A DNA stretch of 44,314 bases from an uncultured Enterobacteriaceae bacterium (GCA_964543155.1 CAZIXQ010000003.1:1-44314); one strand, 5' to 3'; shown: positions 20,139 through 28,720, counted from the stretch's first letter. Numbers and translations: made by a program. The notes: generated by a model not told the origin, from the sequence alone.

Positions 20139-20669
20139 TTAGGCGGCCTTCTTCTTGCCGACCGCGGTGGCGGCGGCGGCCATGTTGGCTTCGGCGATCT
20201 CGGTGGCCTGCTTGGCGACCTTGGTGAAGCTGTCGTAGGCGGAGTTGGCGGCCGCGAGCGCGGACTTCACCGCGGCGACGGCGACGTCCGAGCCGGCCGG
20301 CGCGTTCTTCGCAAACTTGTCGAGGAAGCCGACGACGGTCTTGTTGTACTCGCCCGCCTGCGACTCGAGGAGGCGGGTGGCTTCGGCCTGCTGCGCGGTC
20401 GCGAGCTCGTACACGCTGCGCGAGTAGGCGATGGCGCGGTCGAGGCCGGGCTGCGCGGCCGCCACGTTCAGGTTGACGACTTCCTGAACGTCCTTGGCGT
20501 TGAGCAGTGCGCGGGTGTGGTTCATGCCGTCTTCGAACGCGGTCTTGGTCGCGTTGAAGTTCAGGGCGGCGAATTTCTCGTAGACGGCGAACTGGCTGTT
20601 CGCGAGGGCGAGCATCACTTCGACGCCGGCCTTGCTGTTGGCGACGATCTGTTCGGGGGTCACGTACAT
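20139..20669 (-). CDS. phaP: Phasin-family PHA granule-associated protein
   Basis: MYVTPEQIVANSKAGVEVMLALANSQFAVYEKFAALNFNATKTAFEDG... This is an Ala-rich helical protein with the typical betaproteobacterial phasin N-terminus. GGAG lies upstream. Confidence 0.9.
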   Translation of the reverse strand: MYVTPEQIVANSKAGVEVMLALANSQFAVYEKFAALNFNATKTAFEDGMNHTRALLNAKDVQEVVNLNVAAAQPGLDRAIAYSRSVYELATAQQAEATRLLESQAGEYNKTVVGFLDKFAKNAPAGSDVAVAAVKSALAAANSAYDSFTKVAKQATEIAEANMAAAATAVGKKKAA

Positions 20670-20725
20670 TTCTGGCTCCGTTGGCGAGGGTTAACCGGTC
20701 ACTTCAACCTTTGTTCGGTTGCGGT

Positions 20726-20743
20726 CTTGCTGCACCGCACAAG
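20726..20743 (-). promoter_or_regulatory. Imperfect dyad CTTGTGC-GGT-GCAGCAAG (minus strand) at the predicted phaP transcription start; candidate repressor (PhaR-like) operator
   Basis: It shares the TTGTGC-N3-GCA(G)CAA architecture with the perfect dyad at 20783-20797, and begins about 5 nt downstream of the TACAAT -10 box. Confidence 0.45.
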
Positions 20744-20747
20744 CCAA

Positions 20748-20775
20748 ATTGTACGGTTTGCCGAGATTGTGTCAA
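20748..20775 (-). promoter_or_regulatory. Sigma70-type promoter of phaP (TTGACA-16 nt-TACAAT)
   Basis: The minus strand reads TTGACA (20775-20770), a 16-nt spacer, then TACAAT (20753-20748), about 80 nt upstream of the phaP ATG. Confidence 0.7.
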
Positions 20776-20782
20776 CCAATTT

Positions 20783-20797
20783 TTGTGCTTTGCACAA
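20783..20797 (-). promoter_or_regulatory. Perfect dyad TTGTGC-N3-GCACAA just upstream of the phaP -35 box; candidate PhaR-like operator
   Basis: TTGTGCTTTGCACAA is a perfect 6+3+6 inverted repeat, 7 nt upstream of the -35 hexamer. Confidence 0.5.
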
Positions 20798-20859
20798 TAA
20801 ACCCGGCGAGAGAGACCGTAAAATACTCATAATCAATAAGTTAGACCCAGATCTGGACG

Positions 20860-21759
20860 ATGGCTGAGCACTGGCCCAGCGGGCCTGCGCAGGGCGGAGA
20901 CGGGGTCTGGGTCCGGGCGATGCCGGGCATCTTCGTGTTCCTGTGGAGCACCGGCTTCATCGGTGCCAAATTCGGGCTGCCCTATGCACAGCCGATCACG
21001 TTTCTGTTGCTGCGCTTCGGGCTCGTGCTCGCGCTGATGGTTCCGATCGCGCTCCTGTTGCGCGCGCCGTGGCCTGCGACGCCCGCACAGACGGCGCACA
21101 TCGCCGTGACCGGCGTGCTCCTGCACGGCGGTTACCTCGCCGGCGTTTTCACGGCGATATACGCCGGAATGTCGGCCGGTCTCGCCGCCCTGATCGTCGG
21201 GCTGCAGCCGATCCTGACGGCCGTCGTCGCCGCACCCGCGCTGCGCGAGCGCGTTTCCGGCCGCCAGTGGCTCGGTCTCGCGCTCGGGTTCGGCGGCGTC
21301 GCGCTCGTCGTCGCGCAGCGCGCGACGCTCGCCGGGCTGACCCCGTTCAGTGCGGTCATGATCCTGATCGCGCTCGCATCGATCACCGCCGGCACGCTCT
21401 ACCAGAAGCGCTTCTGCGGAGCATTCGACCTGCGCGCCGGCTCGGTGATCCAGTTCGTCGCCGCCGGGATCGTGCTGGCGCCGTTCGCGGCAGCCTTCGA
21501 GCACGAGCCGGTCCGCTGGGCGGGAGAGTTCGTCTTCGCGCTCGCCTGGCTCGTGCTCGTGCTGTCGATCGGGGCAATCTCGCTGCTGACGCTGCTCATC
21601 CGGCGCGGCGCCGCGACCAAGGTGGCGAGCCTCTTCTACCTCGTGCCGCCGCTCACCGCGGTGATCGCGTTCGCGCTGTTCGACGAGCGCCTCGGCGCGT
21701 TCGGCGTGGCCGGATTCGCGCTTGCGGTCGTCGGCGTCGCGCTCGTCGTGCGGTCGTAG
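20860..21759 (+). CDS. DMT-superfamily permease (EamA/RhaT family, about 10 TM)
   Basis: Two EamA-like hydrophobic repeats (FLWSTGFIGAKF..., ...FYLVPPLTAVIAFALF). An alternative start at ATG 20920 (MPGIFVFLW) is possible. Confidence 0.85.
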   Translation: MAEHWPSGPAQGGDGVWVRAMPGIFVFLWSTGFIGAKFGLPYAQPITFLLLRFGLVLALMVPIALLLRAPWPATPAQTAHIAVTGVLLHGGYLAGVFTAIYAGMSAGLAALIVGLQPILTAVVAAPALRERVSGRQWLGLALGFGGVALVVAQRATLAGLTPFSAVMILIALASITAGTLYQKRFCGAFDLRAGSVIQFVAAGIVLAPFAAAFEHEPVRWAGEFVFALAWLVLVLSIGAISLLTLLIRRGAATKVASLFYLVPPLTAVIAFALFDERLGAFGVAGFALAVVGVALVVRS

Positions 21760-21764
21760 CAGGC

Positions 21765-21770
21765 TAGAAT
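21765..21770 (+). promoter_or_regulatory. Candidate sigma70 -10 hexamer TAGAAT (within the 11-mer TAGAATCCGGC) upstream of the GalT-like gene
   Basis: An isolated AT-rich hexamer in the 58-nt gap, 47 nt before ATG 21818. An identical 11-mer occurs at 4285 and 34111. Confidence 0.4.
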
Positions 21771-21817
21771 CCGGCGCCCGTTCCCAGCGCCTCGCCCCCG
21801 TCCGATATCCCTGCGTC

Positions 21818-22855
21818 ATGATCGATTTCCGAGCCCAGACCAAGCGCGCGCGGCTGCACGATCCGCGCAAGGGATTCGCGCTCACGGAGATCGAGAGCGA
21901 GGTGCGCCATGATCCGCTCACCGGCGACTCGGCGCGAATCTGCCACTTCGCGATGCGCGCGCCGCCGGCGCCGGATCTCGCGGCGATCGATGCGCTCAGC
22001 CGGCCCGGCTGTCCGTTCTGCCCGGAGCGGCTCGAGGCGATCACGCCGCGCTTCCCGGAGGACCTGGTGCCGGGCGGTCGCCTGCGCCGCGGCGACGCGA
22101 CGCTCGTGCCCAATCTCTTTCCCTACGACGATTACTCCGCGATCGCCGTTCTGTGCAGCGAGCACGTGCAGCGAATGGACGCGATGCCCGAGCGCCTGAT
22201 CGCCGACGGGCTCGCGGTCGCCCGGGAGTTCATCGGCATCACCGCCGGGCGGGTCGGCGGGGGGGCGGCGTACGGCATCGTCACCTGGAACTACATGCCC
22301 GCCTCCGGCGGCTCGCAGGTTCACCCGCACATGCAGGTCATCACGACCGCGACGCCGGGGAACGCGCTCGCCCGCCAGCACGCCGCTGCGGAGGCCTTCC
22401 GCAGCCGCACCGGCCGCGTCTACGCCGATGCCTTGATCGCGGCGGAGCGCGACGGCCCGCGGTGGATCGGCGAGCAGGGACGCGTCGCCTGGGTCGCGCC
22501 GTTCACGCCGACCGGCGTCCTGGGGGACGCAATGGGGGTAATCCGCGACCGCGCCACGCTGCTCGACCTCGACGACGCAGACATCGCTGACTTCGCGACA
22601 AGCCTCGTGCGCGTGCTGAAGGCGTTCGCGGCGCGCGGGCTCTGGAGCTTCAACCTCTGTCTGCTGCCCGACGCGTTCGGCGTCGCGCCACGCCGGCACT
22701 GGGTCACCGCGCGGCTGCTGCCACGCTTCTACCTGAATCCGAAGCTGCACGTCTCCGACGCGTCCTACCTGCAGCTGCTGCTCGACGAGCGGTTCGCGAT
22801 GCTCACGCCGGAGGAGGTCGCGGCCGACCTCCGGGCGCGGTTCCGCTCGCCATGA
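21818..22855 (+). CDS. GalT-like (HIT superfamily branch III) nucleotidyltransferase / nucleoside-diphosphate-sugar phosphorylase-like protein; substrate unknown
   Basis: Internal ATG of track ORF 21722..22855. RHDPLTG, the zinc knuckle CPFC (22010-22021), and GGSQVHPHMQV with the HxHxQ motif (22322-22336). About 345 aa, similar in size to GalT. No obvious SD. Confidence 0.75.
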   Translation: MIDFRAQTKRARLHDPRKGFALTEIESEVRHDPLTGDSARICHFAMRAPPAPDLAAIDALSRPGCPFCPERLEAITPRFPEDLVPGGRLRRGDATLVPNLFPYDDYSAIAVLCSEHVQRMDAMPERLIADGLAVAREFIGITAGRVGGGAAYGIVTWNYMPASGGSQVHPHMQVITTATPGNALARQHAAAEAFRSRTGRVYADALIAAERDGPRWIGEQGRVAWVAPFTPTGVLGDAMGVIRDRATLLDLDDADIADFATSLVRVLKAFAARGLWSFNLCLLPDAFGVAPRRHWVTARLLPRFYLNPKLHVSDASYLQLLLDERFAMLTPEEVAADLRARFRSP

Positions 22856-23796
22856 AGCCCGATGCGTCCCAGACCTTTCCGCCGCACCTGATCGGCGTGC
22901 TCGTCGCGCTCACGGCTGCGTGGGGCTTCAACTGGCCGATGATCAAGCTCTCGCTCGCGGGCATGGCGCCGATGCACTTCCGCACCTGGTGCCTCGCGGC
23001 CGGCGCGGCGATCCTGTTCTCGATGGCGGCCTGGCGCGGGCTGCCCTGGCGCGTGCCGCGCGCGGAATGGGGCCGCCTCGCAGTCATCTCATTCGTGAAC
23101 ATCACTGTCTGGAACGTCCTCTCGGTCCACGGCGTCGCCCTGATGGCGTCCGGGCGCGCGTCGATCCTCGGGTACACGATGCCGATGTGGAGCGTCCTGC
23201 TCGCCACCTGGGTGCTCGGCGAGCCGTTCACGCGCCGGCGCGCGCTCGGCGTCGCGCTCGGCATGGCCGGCATGCTGCTGCTCCTCGGCGCGGAGTTCCG
23301 TGCGGTGGAGCGTGCGCCCGCCGGCGCCCTGTTCATGATCGGGGCCGCAATCGGCTGGGCGATCGCGATCGTGCTCATCCGCAAATGGCCGACGTCGCTG
23401 CCGACGACGAGCTTCGCGGCCTGGCAGATGGTCATCGGCGGCATGCCGATCTTCGCGCTCGCGCTCTTCGTGGAGGACGGCAGCTTCAACCTGCTCGCGC
23501 TCGCGCCGGGGCCGATGGTCGGCGTGCTCTACAACATGTTCGTCGCCTTCGGGTTCTGCTACTGGGCGTTCACGAAGATCGCGCAGACGGCGCCGGCGGG
23601 CGTGTCCGGGCTCTCGTCGCTCATGGTGCCCGTCGTCGGCGTGTTCAGCGGCGCGCTCGTGCTCGGCGAGACGCCGCGCTGGAGCGACTACGCGGCGCTC
23701 GTGCTGGTCGTCGGCTCCCTCGCGACGGTCCTCATCCCGCCGCGGCGGCAGGCGCCGGCGCTCGCCGCGCCGGCCGAGCGGCCGGCCGGCCCCTGA
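22852..23796 (+). CDS. DMT-superfamily permease (EamA family), second copy
   Basis: The ATG overlaps the preceding stop (ATGA). LTAAWGFNWPMIK and two EamA-type repeats. Confidence 0.85.
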   Translation: MKPDASQTFPPHLIGVLVALTAAWGFNWPMIKLSLAGMAPMHFRTWCLAAGAAILFSMAAWRGLPWRVPRAEWGRLAVISFVNITVWNVLSVHGVALMASGRASILGYTMPMWSVLLATWVLGEPFTRRRALGVALGMAGMLLLLGAEFRAVERAPAGALFMIGAAIGWAIAIVLIRKWPTSLPTTSFAAWQMVIGGMPIFALALFVEDGSFNLLALAPGPMVGVLYNMFVAFGFCYWAFTKIAQTAPAGVSGLSSLMVPVVGVFSGALVLGETPRWSDYAALVLVVGSLATVLIPPRRQAPALAAPAERPAGP

Positions 23797-23809
23797 ATAC
23801 CGCGACGGC

Positions 23810-24616
23810 GTGGACGTGATCGCCTGGATCGTCCTCGGCGCGGTGCTCGTGCTGGGCGTGCCCGGCGCCCTCTACCTCGCGCAGGACGGCATGCTCTTCC
23901 TCCCGCAGTCCGGCCCGGTGCGCCCGCCGCACGCCCGCCCCGGGCGCACCGTAGAGCCGTTGAGCATTTCGGTCGGCGAGGGCGTCATCGTTCGCGGCTG
24001 GCTCGTCCACGCCACGCGTGCGCCCGCGCCGCTACTGATCTACTACGGCGGCAACGCCGAGGAGGTCTCCTGGCAGGCGGCCGAGCCGTGGCCTGAGGAC
24101 TGGGCGCTCGCGTTCGTGAACTATCGCGGCTACGGCGAGAGCGACGGCAAGCCTTCCGAGCGGGCGCTGTTCGGCGATGCGGAGCGCGTCTTCGATGCGC
24201 TGACGGCGCGTCCGGACGTCGATCGCGCGCGCATCGTCCTGGTGGGACGCAGCCTAGGCAGCGGCGTTGCGGTTCACGTGGCATCGCGCCGCGACGTCGC
24301 GGGAGTCGTGCTCATCTCGCCGTTCGACAGCATGACCGCACTCGGCGAGCGGCACTATCCGTTCCTGCCGGTGCGACTGATGCTCAAGCACCCGTTCGAT
24401 TCGATCGCTCGCGCGCCGGCAATCACCGTGCCGCTGCTTGCGATCGTCGGGGAGCGCGACGCCATCATTCCGCCCGAGCACTCGCGCCGGCTCTTCGAGG
24501 CGTGGGCCGGCCCGAAACGCTGGGCGGCAGTTCCAAACGCCGGGCACAACGACCTCGGCCCGCAGGCCGATTTCTGGCGCCCGATCGAGGCGTTCCTTTC
24601 GGCGCGCGCCCAGTAG
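23810..24616 (+). CDS. Alpha/beta-fold hydrolase with N-terminal membrane anchor
   Basis: GTG start. N-terminal hydrophobic helix IAWIVLGAVLVLGVPGALYL. Nucleophile elbow GRSLGSG. Late D and H (GERDAIIP; GHNDL). Confidence 0.8.
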   Translation: MDVIAWIVLGAVLVLGVPGALYLAQDGMLFLPQSGPVRPPHARPGRTVEPLSISVGEGVIVRGWLVHATRAPAPLLIYYGGNAEEVSWQAAEPWPEDWALAFVNYRGYGESDGKPSERALFGDAERVFDALTARPDVDRARIVLVGRSLGSGVAVHVASRRDVAGVVLISPFDSMTALGERHYPFLPVRLMLKHPFDSIARAPAITVPLLAIVGERDAIIPPEHSRRLFEAWAGPKRWAAVPNAGHNDLGPQADFWRPIEAFLSARAQ

Positions 24617-24623
24617 CGCACGG

Positions 24624-25586
24624 TCATCCCGGAGCGATTGCAGTCCTCACCCGCGGGATCGATGCGCGGTTCCAGCGTCTAATCGCGGTCGCGAGGAGCG
24701 TCTCCGGTCGGGCGCCGACGGGATCGTCATCGACGCGCTGGCCGAGAAACCGCAGCGCCGCGAGAACCGCGGCGCCGGCGTGCGTGCAGTCTATCGGCGG
24801 CGCACCCGTCTGCTTCGAGAGCTTCTCTCCGCCCGCGTGGATTGCGACCGGAAGGTGAAGATAGCGCGGTGTCGGCGCGCCGAGCAGCCGCTGCAGCAGG
24901 ATCTGCCGCGGCGTCGAGTCGAGCAGGTCCGCGCCGCGCACGACGTCGGTGATGCCCTGGGCGGCATCGTCGACGACCACGGCGAGCTGGTAGGCGAACA
25001 GCCGGTCGGCGCGCTGCAGAACGAAATCGCCCACGTCGTGCGCCAGTTCCTGGCGCACGCGGCCCTGCACGGCGTCGTCGAACTCGACCACGGCGTCCCC
25101 GACGCGCACCCGCGTGGCGCGGGCGGCGCGTCCGCCCGGCAGGCCGTTGCGACACGTCCCCGGGTAGACGAGGCCGCCGTCGATGCCCGCGCGCCCCGCA
25201 TCGCCGATCTCGCGGCGCGTGCATGCGCAGGCATAGGTTGCGCCCGTGCGCGCGAGCTCGGCGAGCGCGGCGCGGTACGCCTCGGCGCGCTCGCTCTGGC
25301 GCAGCACCGGGCCGTCCCAGTGGAGGCCGAGCGCCTCGAGGGCGCGCAGGATGCCCGCGGCCGCGCCGGGAGCCTCGCGCGGGGGATCGAGGTCCTCGAT
25401 GCGCACGAGCCACTCGCCCCCCGCCGCGCGCGCATCGAGCCAGCTTCCGAGCGCAGCGACGAGCGACCCGAAGTGCAGCGGCCCGGTGGGCGAGGGCGCG
25501 AAGCGACCGCGATAGCGCGAATCGGCGATCTGCAATGCGGTGAAGACGGACGCGGAAGACGCGATGCTATACTGCCCCAGCTTCAT
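24624..25586 (-). CDS. gluQ: Glutamyl-Q tRNA(Asp) synthetase
   Basis: [17 protein letters not shown] (HIGH-like), the zinc-site cysteines CACTRRE...YPGTC, and EKLSKQ (KMSKS-like). The start is uncertain: ATG 25586 is given, while TTG 25535 fits homologue N-termini better. Confidence 0.85.
   Translation of the reverse strand: MKLGQYSIASSASVFTALQIADSRYRGRFAPSPTGPLHFGSLVAALGSWLDARAAGGEWLVRIEDLDPPREAPGAAAGILRALEALGLHWDGPVLRQSERAEAYRAALAELARTGATYACACTRREIGDAGRAGIDGGLVYPGTCRNGLPGGRAARATRVRVGDAVVEFDDAVQGRVRQELAHDVGDFVLQRADRLFAYQLAVVVDDAAQGITDVVRGADLLDSTPRQILLQRLLGAPTPRYLHLPVAIHAGGEKLSKQTGAPPIDCTHAGAAVLAALRFLGQRVDDDPVGARPETLLATAIRRWNRASIPRVRTAIAPG
25568..25573 (+). promoter_or_regulatory. Candidate sigma70 -10 hexamer TATACT upstream of the thioredoxin gene
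   Basis: An AT-rich hexamer 31 nt before GTG 25605. It lies inside gluQ if gluQ starts at 25586. Confidence 0.35.
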
Positions 25587-25604
25587 GCACATCGGGGAGC
25601 GAGC

Positions 25605-25982
25605 GTGGCGACCGTCGAGTTGACGAAGGAGAACTTCGAGAGCGTCGTGGCCGGAAACGACCTCGTCGTCGTCGACTTCTGGGCGTCCTGGTGCGCGCCG
25701 TGCCGCGCGTTCGCGCCGACCTTCGAGGCCGCCTCCGAGCGCCACGCCGACGTCGTGTTCGCCAAGGTGAACACCGAGGCGGAGCAGGAGCTCGCTGCGG
25801 CGTTCAACATCCGCTCGATCCCGACGCTGATGCTGTTTCGGGAGAAGGTGATCCTGTACGCCGAAGCCGGCGCGCTGCCGGCGCCAATGCTCGAAGAGGT
25901 CATCACCCGCGCGCAGTCAGTCGACATGGCCGAAGTGCACCGAGAGATCGCCGCGCAGGCGGCGGAACCGACTCCCGGCTAG
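25605..25982 (+). CDS. Thioredoxin-family protein with a WCAPC active site
   Basis: The GTG start is preceded by [25 protein letters not shown] (WCAPC at 25689-25703) and [10 protein letters not shown] (cis-Pro loop). C-terminal part of track ORF 24438..25982. Confidence 0.88.
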   Translation: MATVELTKENFESVVAGNDLVVVDFWASWCAPCRAFAPTFEAASERHADVVFAKVNTEAEQELAAAFNIRSIPTLMLFREKVILYAEAGALPAPMLEEVITRAQSVDMAEVHREIAAQAAEPTPG

Positions 25983-26056
25983 CCTTCCGGACCGTCGCCG
26001 CGCCGATCGGCGTCGCACCAAGGAACTAGTGCCGCGTGGGCGCGGGCGGCGGTCCC

Positions 26057-26062
26057 TATACT
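26057..26062 (+). promoter_or_regulatory. Candidate sigma70 -10 hexamer TATACT upstream of the diguanylate cyclase gene
   Basis: An isolated AT-rich hexamer 21 nt before ATG 26084. Confidence 0.35.
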
Positions 26063-26083
26063 CCCGGTTCGTCACCGCCGGTC

Positions 26084-28720
26084 ATGGACGCCGACTCCTC
26101 CGCCCGCGTTTCGGGCTTCTCGCATCCCGATCCTGACGCGATCGCGGCCGAGCGGGTCGCGCTGCTCTACCGCAGCGCTCCGGCCGGTTTCCTGGTGACG
26201 CTCGCCGTGGCCTCGGTCACCGCCGCTGTCCTGTGGTCTGCCGCCGACCGTCGCGCGATCGTCGGCTGGCTAGCCGCAGTCGCCCTCGTCACCGGCGCGC
26301 GCTTCATGCTCGTCCGGGCCTACGGCGCACGCGATCGAGGCCGTCCCGGTGCGGCGACGTGGGAGAACCGGTTCGTCCTCGGGGCGCTCGCCATGGGCAT
26401 TGCATGGGGTGCGCTCGCCACCGGGCTCGCTTCGGCAGACCCACTGCGGCAGGTCTTCGTCGTGTTCGTGGTGGGCGGAATGGCAATCGGCGCGATGGGC
26501 GTGCTCGCCGCAAGCCGGAGGTCGTTCTTCGCGCTCGTCGTGCCGATGCTGGCGGCACAGGGCGCGGCGCTTGCGCTGCGCGGTGGCGAGACCGACGCCG
26601 CGATGGCGCTGCTGGTGCTCGTGTTCCTGCTGGCGGTCGCACGCGTCTTCGCAGACCTGCACCGCACCGTCCTCCAGAACGTCGAGCGCGGCATCGCGAA
26701 CGAGCGCCTGCTCGCCGAGCAGCGCGGCCTGTTCGATGCGGCAACCGTCGGGATCCTGTTCCTGCGCGAACTGCGCATCGTCGACTGCAACCGGGAGGTC
26801 GAGCGCATCGTCGGCTACCCGCGCCATGCACTGATCGGCCACTCGGTGCGCATGTTCTTCCCCGACCAGGAGGAGTGGGACGCGAAGGTCGAGGAGAGTT
26901 ATCGCGCGGTGCTGGAGGGCCGGCTGTATCGGAGCGAAATTGCGCTCGCTCGCCGCGACGGCACGCGGGTGTGGTGCGACATCTCCGGCCAGTCGATCAT
27001 CGCGGGCAAGCCGGAACTGGGCGTGGTCGTGGTCTGCGCCGACATCACCGAGGCGAAGCGCGCGGAGGCGGCACTACGCGCGAGCGAGGAGCGCCTCGAC
27101 CTCGCGGTCCAGGCCGCGCAGAGCGGGCTCTGGGACTGGAACATCATCGACAACACGATGTACTTCTCGCCGCGCTTCAAGGAAATCCTCGGCTACGCAG
27201 GCAACGACGAGTTCCGTTCGCTCTTGTTCTTCTCCGATCACCTGCATCCGGAGGACCGCGAGCGCGCCATGGCCGCCATGACCCGCTGCATCGGGGGCGA
27301 CGATCCGCTCGACTGCGAGTATCGCCTGCGCCGGGCAGACGGGACATTCGTGTGGGTGCACGCGCGCGGGCGCGCGGTTCGCGACGCGCGCGGCACGGCG
27401 GTGCGGTTTGCAGGATCGGTCATCGACATCTCGGACCGCAAGGCAGTCGAGGAGCGTCTGCGCGAGAGCGAGAGCCATTTCCGCCATCTGGTCGAGACCG
27501 CCAACGATCTCGTGTGGGCGGTCGACCGCGAGGGCCGCTGGACCTACCTCAGCCCGCGCGCGACGCGCCAGATCTTCAGTTGCGAGCCGGAGGACATGCT
27601 CGCCGAGCGCCTGGTCGACTCGCAGCCCGAGGCGGACCGCGACCGCACCGCGGCGATGCTCGCCCGCGTCATGAACGACGGGACGGCGTCCCACTTCGAG
27701 ACCGTGCATCGCAATCGCAAGGGCGGTCACGTCGTGCTCAGCCTGAACGCGACGCCGTTGCGCAGCGCGCGGGGCGCGGTCGTCGGCGTCACCGGGACGG
27801 CCACAGACATCACCGAGCTGAAGGCCAAGGAGCACGAGCTGTCCGAGGCGCTGGCCGAGCAGCAGCTGATCTTCGACACCGTGTCCGAGGGGCTCGCGCT
27901 GGTGCGCGATCGGACAATCGAGAAGTGCAATGCGAAGTTCGCCGACATGGTCGGATACCGGCCCGCGGACCTGGCGGGCAAGCCGACGCTCACGTTCTAC
28001 GCCGATCCGGCGGAATGGGACTACCTCGGGCGTCAGGCGCACGCCACGATGGCGCAGGGCCGCGTGTTCGAGACCGAGCTGCTCGTCCGGCGCAAGAACG
28101 GCACGGTGTTCTGGTGCGAGCTGCGCGGGCGTGCGATCGATCCCGATGCGGTGGACGAGGGCTCGATCTGGGTGATGTTCGACATCTCGGCGCGCAAGGA
28201 GCGGGAGCAGCGCATCCAGCACCTCGCGGACCACGACGCCCTGACCGGGCTGCTGAATCGGCGGCTGCTGGAGGACCGCCTGCAGCAGTCGATCACCCTC
28301 GCACGGCGCAACGACGCATTGGTCGCGGTCATGCTGATCGACCTGGACGGCTTCAAGGCGGTGAACGACCAGTTCGGCCACCTCATGGGCGACTACGCGC
28401 TGCGCACGGTCGCGCGGCGCCTGCGGGAGTGCGTGCGCGAGTCGGACACGGTCGCGCGGCTCGGCGGCGACGAGTTCGTCATCCTGCTCTCCGGGCAGCG
28501 CGTGCCCGACGACTCGAGCCTGGTCGCCGAGAAGATTCTCTCCGCGCTCACCGAGCCGGTGGCCGCCGGCGGGCGACGCTTCGAGATCGGCGCCTCCATC
28601 GGCATCAGCATCTACCCGCGCGACGGCACCACGCCCGAGGCGCTGCTCAAGCACGCCGACGCGGCGATGTACCGCGTCAAGGAAGCGGGCAAGAACCGCT
28701 ACCAGTACTACTCCTTTTAG
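26084..28720 (+). CDS. Membrane-bound sensor diguanylate cyclase (about 6 TM N-terminal domain, multiple PAS/PAC repeats, GGDEF domain)
   Basis: Six hydrophobic segments at the N-terminus. About four PAS/PAC-like repeats follow (e.g. GLWDWNI..., WVHARGRAVRD, VWAVDREGRWTYLSP, GTVFWCELRG). GGDEF lies at 28463-28477, with the RESD I-site five residues upstream (28436-28447). No EAL domain. Confidence 0.9.
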   Translation: MDADSSARVSGFSHPDPDAIAAERVALLYRSAPAGFLVTLAVASVTAAVLWSAADRRAIVGWLAAVALVTGARFMLVRAYGARDRGRPGAATWENRFVLGALAMGIAWGALATGLASADPLRQVFVVFVVGGMAIGAMGVLAASRRSFFALVVPMLAAQGAALALRGGETDAAMALLVLVFLLAVARVFADLHRTVLQNVERGIANERLLAEQRGLFDAATVGILFLRELRIVDCNREVERIVGYPRHALIGHSVRMFFPDQEEWDAKVEESYRAVLEGRLYRSEIALARRDGTRVWCDISGQSIIAGKPELGVVVVCADITEAKRAEAALRASEERLDLAVQAAQSGLWDWNIIDNTMYFSPRFKEILGYAGNDEFRSLLFFSDHLHPEDRERAMAAMTRCIGGDDPLDCEYRLRRADGTFVWVHARGRAVRDARGTAVRFAGSVIDISDRKAVEERLRESESHFRHLVETANDLVWAVDREGRWTYLSPRATRQIFSCEPEDMLAERLVDSQPEADRDRTAAMLARVMNDGTASHFETVHRNRKGGHVVLSLNATPLRSARGAVVGVTGTATDITELKAKEHELSEALAEQQLIFDTVSEGLALVRDRTIEKCNAKFADMVGYRPADLAGKPTLTFYADPAEWDYLGRQAHATMAQGRVFETELLVRRKNGTVFWCELRGRAIDPDAVDEGSIWVMFDISARKEREQRIQHLADHDALTGLLNRRLLEDRLQQSITLARRNDALVAVMLIDLDGFKAVNDQFGHLMGDYALRTVARRLRECVRESDTVARLGGDEFVILLSGQRVPDDSSLVAEKILSALTEPVAAGGRRFEIGASIGISIYPRDGTTPEALLKHADAAMYRVKEAGKNRYQYYSF

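Noticed and set aside
26001-26012. 12-bp palindrome CGCCGATCGGCG downstream of the thioredoxin gene
   Set aside because: As RNA it gives only a 4-5 bp stem with no U-tract. As DNA it is a lone short GC palindrome. The evidence is insufficient for a terminator or an operator.
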